A DNA stretch of 27,863 nucleotides from Azolla caroliniana (taxonomy: Eukaryota > Plantae > Polypodiophyta). Shown one piece after another: positions 1 through 9,592 of this stretch (positions within the stretch are counted from its first letter, which is position 1; every line of letters begins with the position of its first letter). The notes under the pieces are model-generated. The model was not told the origin of the DNA, did not search any database, and was given only the letters and a program-made list of their open reading frames with translations. The translations under genes and the position numbers were made by a program. The DNA lies in the NCBI GenBank assembly GCA_043228905.1, contig JBHGNT010000406.1:1-27863 (forward strand), written 5' to 3'.

Positions 1-2756
1 ATCTCGTCGAAGTCGACGCCCTTCTTTTGCTGAAACCCCTTCACCACGATCCTGGCTTTGTATCTCGGGGGGTTTCCGGCATCTCCCGGTTTCAGCTTGA
101 ACACCCACTTGTTTCGAAGTGCCCGCTTTCCTTTCGGCAACTCCACAAGTTCATATGTGTGGTTCTCATGCAGGGAATCCATCTCGTCCTGCATGGCACT
201 CAACCACCTGCGGCTCTGGGTGTCATGCTTTGCTTCTTCAAAGCTCTCCAGCTCCCCCTCGTCGGTTAGCAACAGGTGCTCTGGTTCCGGAAATCTCCGG
301 GGGGCCCTTCTCTCTCTTAGAGGATATCTCCGTTCCGGAGCTTCGGTAACCGGTTCTTCCGATTCTTCTTCATCCGAATCCATTTCGGGATCGGGGCCGG
401 TTCCGGTATCATTTTCATCTTCTTCGGCCGGTTCTATTTCTTCACCGTCTTCGGCCGGATCCTCGAGTGCTAACCGGTCCCTTGCCGGTCGGGACTGCTC
501 CTCGTAGAGTTGATCCTCACCGGTCGACTTGGAGCTCTTCATCTTCTTCTCCGACTCCCAGTCGGCGAGTGTCTTGTTCTCCATGAAGATGATATCTCGA
601 CTCCTGAATATCTTCTTGTCGACCGGGTCCCATACTCGGTAGCCGAACTCGTCATCGCCGTAACCGAGGAATATGCATGGCCGGGTCTTTGGATCTAGCT
701 TTCCTCTCCGGTCCTTTGCCACATGCACGTATGCGAGACACCCGAACACCTTCAGATGCCGGTAAGATACTTCCCTACCGGTCCACACTCTCTGCGGCGT
801 GTCTCCGTCCAAAGGTACTGAGGGTGATCGGTTTATCACATATGTCGCCGTCGACATTGCCTCAGCCCAAAACCCCTTGGGTAATTTCGCATGCGCCAGC
901 ATACTCCGGACCCTCTCCATTATGGTCCGGTTCATCCTCTCGGCCAGCCCGTTCAGTTCCGGCGTCTTCGGCACAGTAAACTCGAGCCGGATTCCCTTCG
1001 AGCGACAGTACTCCTGGAACTGTCCCCAGTATTCCCCTCCGTTATCCGCTCGTATCGCTTTCAGCTTCTTGCCGGATTCTCTTTCCACTCTCGCGTGGAG
1101 TTCTTTGAAGACGGACAACACTTGGTCCTTTGTCTTCATCGGTGCCGTCCACAGTCTTCGGCTATGATCATCTATGAATGTTACGAAGTACTGGGCTCCG
1201 CCATGTGACTTCGTTTCTACCTGACACACATCGGTGTGCACCAACTCCAATGGTGCGCTACGTCTCGTCGGTGGCCTTGAGTGGAAGAAGGTTCGGTTCT
1301 GCTTACCGGCCAGGCAATCGGTGCACTTCTCCAGGTGCACATGCTTCACTGGAATAAGGTTGTCTTCTGCAAGCCTCTTCATCCCCTTCTCACTCATGTG
1401 GCACAGTCTTTTGTGCCACAGCTCACCGGCAGTGTCGGCTGCCACATTCAGCTCTTCCGGACATAACCGGGCATTCATCAGGTACAGTGTGTTGATCTTC
1501 CGGGCCCGAGCCACTATCAGGCTCCCCTTGCTGAACTTCATTACGCCGTTCCGGATGCTACCTGTGTAGCCTTCATCGTCTAGCCTCCCGGCCGAAATCA
1601 GGTTCAATCGAACCTCCGGAACGTGTCGGACATCCTTCAGCAGCATTTTACATCCGGTCGAGGTTGTCAACCACACGTCTCCTATGCCGGCGATCCGGCA
1701 CGTACCTTCATTTCCCATCCGAACACAACCATGCTCACCGGCTGTGTAGGATGAGAAGTATCTTCTTTCCGGGGTCAGGTGGAACGACGCTCCGGAATCG
1801 ACCACCCAGGTCGTCTCATCGCCGGCAATGTTTAGCTCACCTTCTTCGGTGATGAGCATGATTTCTTCCTCACTTGCCGCGAGTGCCGTCGTTCCTTTCC
1901 TGTCCTGCCCTCGCCGATCCGAACCATTCCGGTCCGTGGCTCCCCGGTAAGCACCGTTCCGTTCCGAAGACTTCTTCGAATCGGTGTCGTCGGCTCCGTT
2001 GTCTTTTCGGTAATGCCGACAATTCTTTCGGAAGTGCCCCGGCTTCCCACAGTGGAAGCATGTGGGTCTTCCTCTTGACTGCGACCGGGTCCCCGACTTC
2101 TCCCATCTTTGCGGACTCCGGTTCCGTTGTCTTCCCCGATCCGATTCGGTAAACAACATCTTCGGATCGGAGGCCGGTTCTTTATCTCTCCGACGCGCTT
2201 CTTCGTTCAAAATACTTGTCTTTACCGTTTGTAGGGACAAGTTATCTTCGGTGCAGGAGGTGCTGAGAGTCACCACCAAGTTCTCCCAGCTTTCCGGCAA
2301 TGTACACATCAGGATGATGGCTTGCATTGCATCCTCCAACGGGAACTTGATCGCCGCAAGCTGGTTCACGAATCCCATGAACGTGCTTACGTGTTCCACC
2401 ATACTCTCGCCGTCCCGGTACTTGAGGTTCACTATCTTCCTCATCAGGGAGGTCCGGTTCAACGCATTCTTCCTCTCGTAGAGGCCTGACAGCTTCCGCC
2501 ACATCTCATATGCGTTGGTGTCGTTCGCCACATGTTGTAGAACGCTCACGTCTACGTATTGCCGAATGGTTGCTACGGCTTTCCGGTTCAGAAGCCTCCA
2601 TTCCGACTCCAGTACCCCCTTCGGTATTTCCGACCTGTCGATCGGTTCGTACAGGTCCCGAACAATCAGAAGATCCTCCATCTTGATCTTCCAGTCGGCG
2701 TAATTCTGCGCATTCAGCACCATCATCCTCGGCTGCCCGCTGCCGCCGCCTTCCAT
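1..2756 (-). CDS. copia Gag-Pol polyprotein (partial, open to window edge)
   Basis: ATG at 2756 gives MEGGGSGQPRMMVLNAQNYADWKIKMEDLL. Zn knuckle CFHCGKPGHFRKNC (~2020-2061), protease WVVDSGASFH (~1780-1809), integrase FVTFIDD...DNGGE...LNGLAER, and RT start YKARIVVKGFQQKKGVDFDE at the left edge in the same frame as the ATG. No ORF in the track ends in this frame, consistent with no stop. Confidence 0.93.
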   Translation of the reverse strand, partial: MEGGGSGQPRMMVLNAQNYADWKIKMEDLLIVRDLYEPIDRSEIPKGVLESEWRLLNRKAVATIRQYVDVSVLQHVANDTNAYEMWRKLSGLYERKNALNRTSLMRKIVNLKYRDGESMVEHVSTFMGFVNQLAAIKFPLEDAMQAIILMCTLPESWENLVVTLSTSCTEDNLSLQTVKTSILNEEARRRDKEPASDPKMLFTESDRGRQRNRSPQRWEKSGTRSQSRGRPTCFHCGKPGHFRKNCRHYRKDNGADDTDSKKSSERNGAYRGATDRNGSDRRGQDRKGTTALAASEEEIMLITEEGELNIAGDETTWVVDSGASFHLTPERRYFSSYTAGEHGCVRMGNEGTCRIAGIGDVWLTTSTGCKMLLKDVRHVPEVRLNLISAGRLDDEGYTGSIRNGVMKFSKGSLIVARARKINTLYLMNARLCPEELNVAADTAGELWHKRLCHMSEKGMKRLAEDNLIPVKHVHLEKCTDCLAGKQNRTFFHSRPPTRRSAPLELVHTDVCQVETKSHGGAQYFVTFIDDHSRRLWTAPMKTKDQVLSVFKELHARVERESGKKLKAIRADNGGEYWGQFQEYCRSKGIRLEFTVPKTPELNGLAERMNRTIMERVRSMLAHAKLPKGFWAEAMSTATYVINRSPSVPLDGDTPQRVWTGREVSYRHLKVFGCLAYVHVAKDRRGKLDPKTRPCIFLGYGDDEFGYRVWDPVDKKIFRSRDIIFMENKTLADWESEKKMKSSKSTGEDQLYEEQSRPARDRLALEDPAEDGEEIEPAEEDENDTGTGPDPEMDSDEEESEEPVTEAPERRYPLRERRAPRRFPEPEHLLLTDEGELESFEEAKHDTQSRRWLSAMQDEMDSLHENHTYELVELPKGKRALRNKWVFKLKPGDAGNPPRYKARIVVKGFQQKKGVDFDE

Positions 2757-2770
2757 TTTCTGCAGCAGTC

Positions 2771-2782
2771 GCTCTGATACCA
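2771..2782 (-). promoter_or_regulatory. primer-binding site (tRNA-iMet) of copia-1
   Basis: Minus strand TGGTATCAGAGC, 3 nt from the LTR end. Confidence 0.95.
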
Positions 2783-2785
2783 GTT

Positions 2786-3279
2786 TGTAGAGTAATCAAC
2801 GCTCCGATTAACCTTCACCACTCGGCCACAACCGAGTAAGCACGAATCAATGCAGCAGAAAATATACAATGGCGAGCTGCAAGGCGACGACCTTGAGCTC
2901 GTTGTCCTCGCCACAGGCGGCGGAAATACACAGAGGCGTCAACCTCCTTCTCTCTCACGCTCTATCTCTCTCACGGCTGCTCTCTCTTCACTCCTCTTGA
3001 GTGGAAAAACAGAAAAATGAGTAGCAACATAAAAACTGTTTGCCCTAAGTCATATTTATACACATATGACTTTGGGGCTATTTACAACTATAGCCTCAAG
3101 GGCCCTTGGCAAACATATTCACAGATATGTCCCCGCATCCGGATCTCGCTCCGGGTACATTCGTCATCCGGCTCCGAAGCCGGGGTCTTCATCATCCGGT
3201 TCCGAAACCGAAACCGGGCTTGTCGGCATTCATCTCCGATATCCGACCATCCCATCCGAAAGGGACCGTAATCCCAACA
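2786..3279 (-). repeat. 5' LTR of copia-1
   Basis: Minus strand starts TGTTGGGA (3279) and ends CTACA (2786) next to the PBS. TATA box TATAAATA at 3053-3060 (minus). Confidence 0.88.
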
Positions 3280-5474
3280 GCTTGAATCCGGCAAAGTGTG
3301 TATTTGGCGTGTCCAGTGGAACTCTATTAGGACATATTGTGAGCCAGGAAGGTATTGCAGTCGACCCGGACAAAGTGAAAGCCATATTAGAAGCACCGGC
3401 GTCGGCAACGGCAAAGGCATTAAGCCGGTTCTTAGGCCAGATCCGGTGGCACAGCCGGATGCTCTGATACTTGGCCAACCTGGCTACACCGTTGCATGCC
3501 GCCGTACATCGGACACCATTCCAGTGGACCAACACCGAGGATAGGGCGTATAGGGCCCTCAAGGTACTATTGTCGCAAGCACCGGTAGTGCAACCTCCGG
3601 ATTGGAGTAAAGAATTTCACGTGTTCGTGGACGCCTCCGACATCGCAATCGGAAGCGTACTTATGCAGCTTACGGAGCCAAAATGGTACCGGCCAGTGTA
3701 CTATGCCAGCCGAAAGCTATCCCAAGCAGAACGGAACTACTCTACCACGGAACGGGAAGCTCTAGGGATGATCTACAATGTGACAAAGTTTCGGCATTAT
3801 TTATTGGGAAGGAAGTTTTCCTTCCATGTGGATCATTCGGCACTCCTTTACCTGGTGTCCAAAGCGTCACTCACCGGCAAATTGGCCCGGTGGACCTTAC
3901 TTTTACAGGAATTCAAGTTTGAAATATTCCACGGACCCGGTATACAGCATGCCGTGGCGGATTACTTAAGCCGATTAGAGTCCGGAGAGACGGGTGACGG
4001 AGTAGCGGATGAGTTTCCGGATGCGGAGCTGTTTCGAGTCACTACGGAGACGGCAGCAGATGAGACGGTGGCACAGGAAGACAAATGGCTCACAAATATG
4101 CACCAGTTTCTGAGCACAGGACTGCCTCTGGAAGAGATGAACCGGGATGAACAGAAACGCCTGGCGGTGCAAAGCCGACATTTCTGCTTACTGCAAGACA
4201 CACTGTACCACAAGGGCGCGGACGGCATATGGAGACGGGCGGTGTGCAGCGATGAAAAGGAACTTATACTGAGGGAAGCCCACTGCGGAGTTGCCGGAGG
4301 TCACTATGCCGGAGATGCGACGGCCAGGAAAATATGGCAAAGTGGCCTATGGTGGCCAACGACATTAAGAGATGCGATACGATACACAAAAGAATGTGAC
4401 CTATGCTAGAGAATGGGCCAGCCAACGGAGCAGGCTTGTATGCCACACCGGCCGGTACTACCACTCGAGCCATTCCAGAAGTGGGGGCTGGACTTTGTAG
4501 GACCGTTCAAGCCACCAGCAATGAGAACGGGTAATCGGTACGTCATCGTTGCTACGGATTACTGCACGAAATGGGTGGAGGCCAAAGCTTTAAGGGACAA
4601 CACTGCTGCGTCAACGGCGAAATTTCTATACGAGTACATCTGGTGCTGTTACGGATGCCCAATCGAATTAATAAGCGACCAAGGAGGGCACTTTCTCGGC
4701 CAAGTAGTGGAAAGCCTGACGACATTCTATGTCGTTGTCCACAAACGGAGCACACCTTACTATCCACAGGCGAACGGTTTAGCAGAATCAACGAACAAGA
4801 CGCTCCAGAATATCCTCCGGAAGATCGTCAACGAAAACCGAACGGATTGGGACACAAAGCTACATAGCGCGCTTTGGGCATACTGGACGGCATACAAGAC
4901 GAGCATCCGAACAACACCGTTCCGGCTAGCGTTCGGACTAGAGGCGGTAATGCCGATGGAATTCCAAGTACCCAGCTTACGGATCCAGCTACGGGAACGG
5001 CTGAACGAGAAGGATTCGAAGGCAATACGGTTGACAGCGTTGTGTGAACTCGAGGAACAACGATTGGCCAGCATCTTGCACTTAGAATTGGAGCAGCGGC
5101 GACGGAAAGCATTTGTCGACCGGCACAGGAAAGGAAACGAAAAAATGTTCGCAATCGGCAAACCGGTGTTAGTATTTCAAACCCGGATGGGCAAGATGCC
5201 GGGTAAACTACGGTTTAGATGGACCGGACCGTATTGGCTAACACGGGAGTATAATGGGTCCTACCAGTTAGGGACACTTGCCGGTGAAGTGCTAGACAAA
5301 TGGATCAACGGATTCCGGTTGAAGCCATATAGAGGACCGATGCCTAAGAACCCATTTGAGCAAAGGACCGACACCAGTGATGGAAACGGCAACCACCAAG
5401 ACGGTAGAGACGGCGAGCCGGTAACTGGGGAAAATGAGGCCGGTAAGGGTCCGAGAGGACCAACGGACAAGTGA
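3280..5474 (+). pseudogene. gypsy pol (RT thumb, RNase H, integrase) with two in-frame premature stops
   Basis: LNPAKCVFG...LLGHIVS, FHVFVDASD, NYSTTEREAL, DHSAL, H-x6-H...CDLC, WGLDFVGP, SDQG, YYPQANGLAE, WTGPY. ORFs 3066/3471/4413 share one frame, broken by TGA 3465-3467 and TAG 4407-4409. Confidence 0.93.
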
Positions 5475-5629
5475 CGTCACACTAAATTAAATTGTTAAAA
5501 AAATAAATAAATAAATAAAACAATCATGCAAAAGTGAGAAATGAATGGATGAAAGAGCGAGGAGCGAAAAGGTACGTAGTGGGCATTTAAAGCGCCACCA
5601 CAGGACATAATGCTATTTTAGTACACGAC

Positions 5630-8629
5630 ATGCACACACTCAAAAAAGGTGCCAGAATGCACAGACAAAAACCACTGCGTGTAGAGACCCTTTACTTTCG
5701 CGAACCCAGGAGCACAGAAGCACCAAGACGCTGCAAGATCATCAGTCGAGAACCTGCACACAGAGAACCCCCGCCTTCTGAACTCTCTCTCTCTCAACCT
5801 CACTCTCATCACCATCCAACCTCGCCACCGCAATCCGACCTCGACACAGAAATGGACCCGCAAACGCTGTCAGAAGCCGCCAAGACATGGCTAAAGCAAC
5901 ACGGGCTCGAGGGCTTCTTGATGATGATGGAAGTACCGCCACACAAAGAAGCCGACAAAGTGATCAAAGAAATTGACATAGAGGTCATAACGGCAGAGGC
6001 GATTCGAGCGTTAACAAGCCTTCCGGAGGGAGGCATACTCACGATCGACAATCCAACCCCGGAGCAACTCATCAGGTATTTTGGTGAGTATTCTCTAGCC
6101 AACAAGGGCTACCGGACACAGGGCGGCGGAGATATGTTGTTCCGCGAGATTGCTCGTGTGCTCCACGAGTACGGCCACGTGTACCCTAGACCCCCAGTCA
6201 TGCCGTAGAACCGGGCAGGGATGATCATCGCCACCTATGAAGGGGTCAAGGTGGATTGGCCGGTATTGATCGCAGACGGGTTGTGTGCGGCGATCGAGAT
6301 CGTCAGAGGCAAAGACGGCAAAGAAGGCCGAGACGGACGGAGGATATGGCACGCCGTAACGCAGTGGCTCACCTTGCTTGTGCCACCCGTCCAGCCCGTC
6401 CAGCCCAAGAAGCGAGGAAGAGTGGCGGACGGCACCCCAAAGACGGCTTCCAAACGACAACAGTTGTTGGCCTCTATGGCCACTAAGGGAAAGGCGGCGG
6501 ATGCAGAACAGGCGGCAGCAGGAAGCGGCAGCCGGAAGCGCCCAACGAAGGCGCAGGAGGAACCGCCGGCACGGCCCGTAAAGGTTACACTCTGCCGACC
6601 GGGGAATAGAGAAGCGGGCCCCTTGGCGGCAAAACTCAATGCCGGGGCTCAGGAAGAGGAAATAGAGGAGGAGCCTACGGAGCACCTCCAGCGACGATCG
6701 TCGGCAAGGACCGTTGAGACAGCCGGGAAACGTTCAGACCCTTAGACGGAGGGAACACCGGCTCCCCTTACTGAGACTCCCACGCCAAGGAAGGAACCGG
6801 AACCAGTGTGCATGGCACCGGAATCAGAAGCCCCGACACCACCGGCAACACCGGCAAGTCCCATCCTGCCAGAGCCGGAAAGGTCAATGCAGCCTCCCTC
6901 AGCCAGCCAAGAAGAAGCACAAGGGGAACTAGGACAGCAGGGTGGTCCACGGGCAGAAACGAAACTGCAACTCGGCGCAACCAGGCGGGACCACCCCTCT
7001 ACAAGTGAGCCCATCTGTCAAACCTCCGTGCAAGCACAACAAGGCACCGGTAGCCTGTGGCTCCGGTGGATAGGCGAACAGATTGCCGGAGCAATGGGGT
7101 ATATTGAGGCGGAAGAAAGAGCGCAAAGCGAACGGTTGCTCGTCACAACCGAACAACTAGAGACGGCCCGGTCCAGAATCCGGTGCCTTGAAAAAGACTC
7201 GGATCAGGTCACGACAGAGATGGCCAAAATGGCCTTAACGGCAACACAGATCCAATCACCGGTGACTCCGGTAAGTGTACAGAATAAAGAAACGGATCGA
7301 CCTGTACATAGCAATAAGACCCCGGCAACGGAAACCGTTCCGGCGAGAGATGCGGCGCAAGCTCAGGAGCTTGCGGAATTGAGAGACGAACTTGCCGCAC
7401 AAGAAGCGCTAAGGAGCCGTGAACGGGAATTGAAGACAGCGGCCGAAGCCGAATTAAAGAAGACTACTGAGAACCTCCGCCGGGCAAAGGAGAGCCTTCG
7501 GAAAGGCCATCAAGCGTACGACCGGCTAAAGGAGGAGAAAGACAAAGTGCTGCAGGAAAAGGACAAGCTACGGAAAACGGCAGAAATAGAGATTGAACGG
7601 CTAAAGGAAGAGCTCCGCCAACAGAAGGACCGCGAGGACCGGGCCCGTCGACAGATCAATGCACGGCTCAAGCAAAAGACTGAGGACTTGCACCGGGACT
7701 ACAAACGGCTGGAAACGGAGCATAAAGAACGGATGGCCGAGCTCCAACAGGCAGTTGATCGGGCCGCAACGGTGATCGCCGACGAACGTGCGGAAAATAC
7801 AAGACGCTTGGACGAGACGGAGAAGGTCCGGATGGAGCTCCAAAGGCAGCAGCAGGAAGACAAAGAGAGACCGTCAACAATATTGCAGAAATTACAAAGC
7901 ACATATCAAAGGCAATTGACGCATTACAAGGCGCAGGCGGAGGACAATGTCAAAATCATCAAACAATTGAAGGAGGAACGGCAAGCGGCGGAAACCAAAT
8001 CGCAATTGGGAACGAGTCGGATTCAGTCCATCCTCCGGGCATGGCTGAATCAGACAAAACACTTGATTGATGAAAGCTCCGTAAAATGGTGGACAAAGTG
8101 GGCACAAAACGCGGCGGAACACCAGTTGCTACGGGCAGATGTGGCAAACCGGCGGAAGGAAGGGGATGATTGTTATACGTTGACTTCCGAGGACTTCACC
8201 GCCATACGGGACGAGCTGGCCAACGACTTCCAAGTCCTGGCAGATGAACAGCTGGCGCAGGTCAGGCAGCTCGTAGCTCAGCTAGACGATGATAGGCTGG
8301 ACGCTCAAATCCAGTTTGAAAGCTACGAGCGGTCCCGGGTTCGGGAAGAAAAAGCACGGGAAGCGGCAACGGTTAACCTTAGTGATGAGGAACCGTCGCC
8401 GGCTGAGGGCCAGCCCGGTACCAGTCAACCGGAGACCACTACAACGCAGGGAGCAACGACGGAGACGCCGGTGTCAGAGCAACAAACGGAGGAGCAGTTG
8501 CAGCAGCTACCAACGGACCCGCCGCAGCAGACATCAACAGAGCAACAACAACAACAACAACAACCACTTCCAGATGAACCATTGGAGCCTCTCGAACAAA
8601 GCATTCTGGATATTTTGGACGAAGAATAG
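5630..8629 (+). pseudogene. gypsy additional ORF downstream of pol (uncharacterised coiled-coil protein; likely start ATG 5852), two in-frame TAG stops
   Basis: ORFs 5630..6208, 6221..6745 and 6806..8629 are in one frame, separated only by TAG at 6206 and 6743. Contains a long E/K/R/Q-rich helical region and a Q/E/T/P-rich tail. Confidence 0.8.
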
Positions 8630-8683
8630 CAAGGGTCGGTTGTGGATTCGACGTACAAGGTATTGTCCCACGGGCGTGCCATG

Positions 8684-9118
8684 TGTTACCGGCCGGCAAA
8701 GGAGTCCAGAGTGGGAAATGGAGAGATATTTAAGTAGTAGGAATGTGGTTGTAATTAAGCTATGAGTGTGGACGGACGGACCGGAATCGGTATGCCGTTC
8801 CGGATCCGGACCGATCCCGAACAGGTGCGGATGGCACCGTTTTGTAATACAGACCGGAAACCTATTTAAAGGCCCGGATACAATGTAATAGATAGCGGTT
8901 AATTAATAGAAGCTTAGCGTTGTTATCTTTCTGTGTTAATTGCCGTTCTGTCTTAATTGTTATATTTTATGCGTGTAATTATGAAAGACGATCATGCTAA
9001 GTAACTTAATTAAGTCGGATTAAGCGTTGAGTCTAATCCGGTTTCCGTAACACCCTTTGGTGAAGTGTCTTCCGTAGACACCCTGTGTTAGGCCATTGTC
9101 CGGCCCGAAGAGTTAACA
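8684..9118 (+). repeat. 3' LTR of the gypsy element
   Basis: Starts TGTTAC (8684), TATA-like TATTTAAA at 8863-8870, ends GTAACA (9052) or TTAACA (9118). Copia-3 gag homology resumes at about 9119, which favours 9118. Confidence 0.65.
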
Positions 9119-9197
9119 ATTAGAAGATCTTCCTGTCTGAGTAGTTGTGTGAGTTTAGGACCATCATGCTTGGAAAGCCGCTCACACCTCCTTCCAT
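9119..9197 (-). pseudogene. copia-3 gag N-terminus remnant (frameshifted, interrupted by the gypsy element)
   Basis: ATG at 9197 gives MEGGVSGFPSMMVLNSHNYSDRK, then EDLLI in another frame. Homologous to the gag starts at 2756 and 13952. Confidence 0.85.
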
Positions 9198-9210
9198 TTT
9201 TGCACCTCAA

Positions 9211-9222
9211 GATCTGATACCA
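9211..9222 (-). promoter_or_regulatory. PBS (tRNA-iMet, 1 mismatch) of copia-3
   Basis: Minus strand TGGTATCAGATC, located between the LTR end (9226) and the gag ATG (9197). Confidence 0.85.
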
Positions 9223-9225
9223 ATC

Positions 9226-9592
9226 TGTAGCAAACAGGACCGTAGATCTGTGGAAAGATATGTTGAAATGTAGCTCACAGAAACAAGAAAACAACGAATA
9301 CACAGAAAATACACAGTACACACCGTTTTACGTGGAAACCCTAAATTAGGGGGGAAACCACAGGAATAGATATTCCACTATATGAAAAGAGAATACACAG
9401 GAGAAAGAATAGGTTACAAACTCTCTGTAACTTAGAGAATACCCACTTAGGGTTCTTGGCAAGTTCCACAGTAAATGTGCCGCCACTCTCTCACGCTCAC
9501 TCTTTCTCTCTCACACACACTCTCTATACATACAATGTTATGTTATGTTCCTACCACACCTACCTTTTGCCCTAGTTTCATATTTTTATATG
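9226..9592 (-). repeat. copia-3 5' LTR, R/U5 part (split by copia-2)
   Basis: Similar to the copia-2 LTRs (ttttacgtggaaaccctaaa; ccacttagggttcttgg). TATA-like box at 9581-9590. Confidence 0.8.

Larger units (their letters stand above)
1..3279 (-). mobile_element. Ty1/copia LTR retrotransposon 'copia-1' (Tork/Tnt1-like), 5' half; continues beyond the left edge; inserted into gypsy RT
   Basis: 5' LTR at 2786-3279, tRNA-iMet PBS, then gag-PR-INT-RT in copia order on the minus strand. Gypsy RT codons resume at 3280. Confidence 0.95.
3280..9118 (+). mobile_element. Ty3/gypsy non-chromovirus LTR retrotransposon, 3' part (RT C-term, RNase H, integrase, extra ORF, 3' LTR)
   Basis: RT-RH-INT order, no chromodomain after INT, LTR-like terminal segment. 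The right end is either 9052 or 9118. Confidence 0.9.

Noticed and set aside
27-2914. Many short ORFs on both strands over copia-1
   Set aside because: They are shadow frames of the GC-rich gag-pol; the real ORF is missing from the track because it has no stop in the window.
3066-3467. 133-aa ORF joining LTR sequence to gypsy RT
   Set aside because: Chance fusion across the copia-1 insertion junction at 3279/3280.
3462-3470. gctctgatac resembling a reversed PBS
   Set aside because: It lies inside RT coding sequence, is created by the premature TGA, lacks the TGG end and has no adjacent LTR.
4407-6745. TAG stops as programmed readthrough or U-to-C editing sites
   Set aside because: No CARYYA readthrough context; U-to-C editing is organellar; 5mC deamination is simpler.
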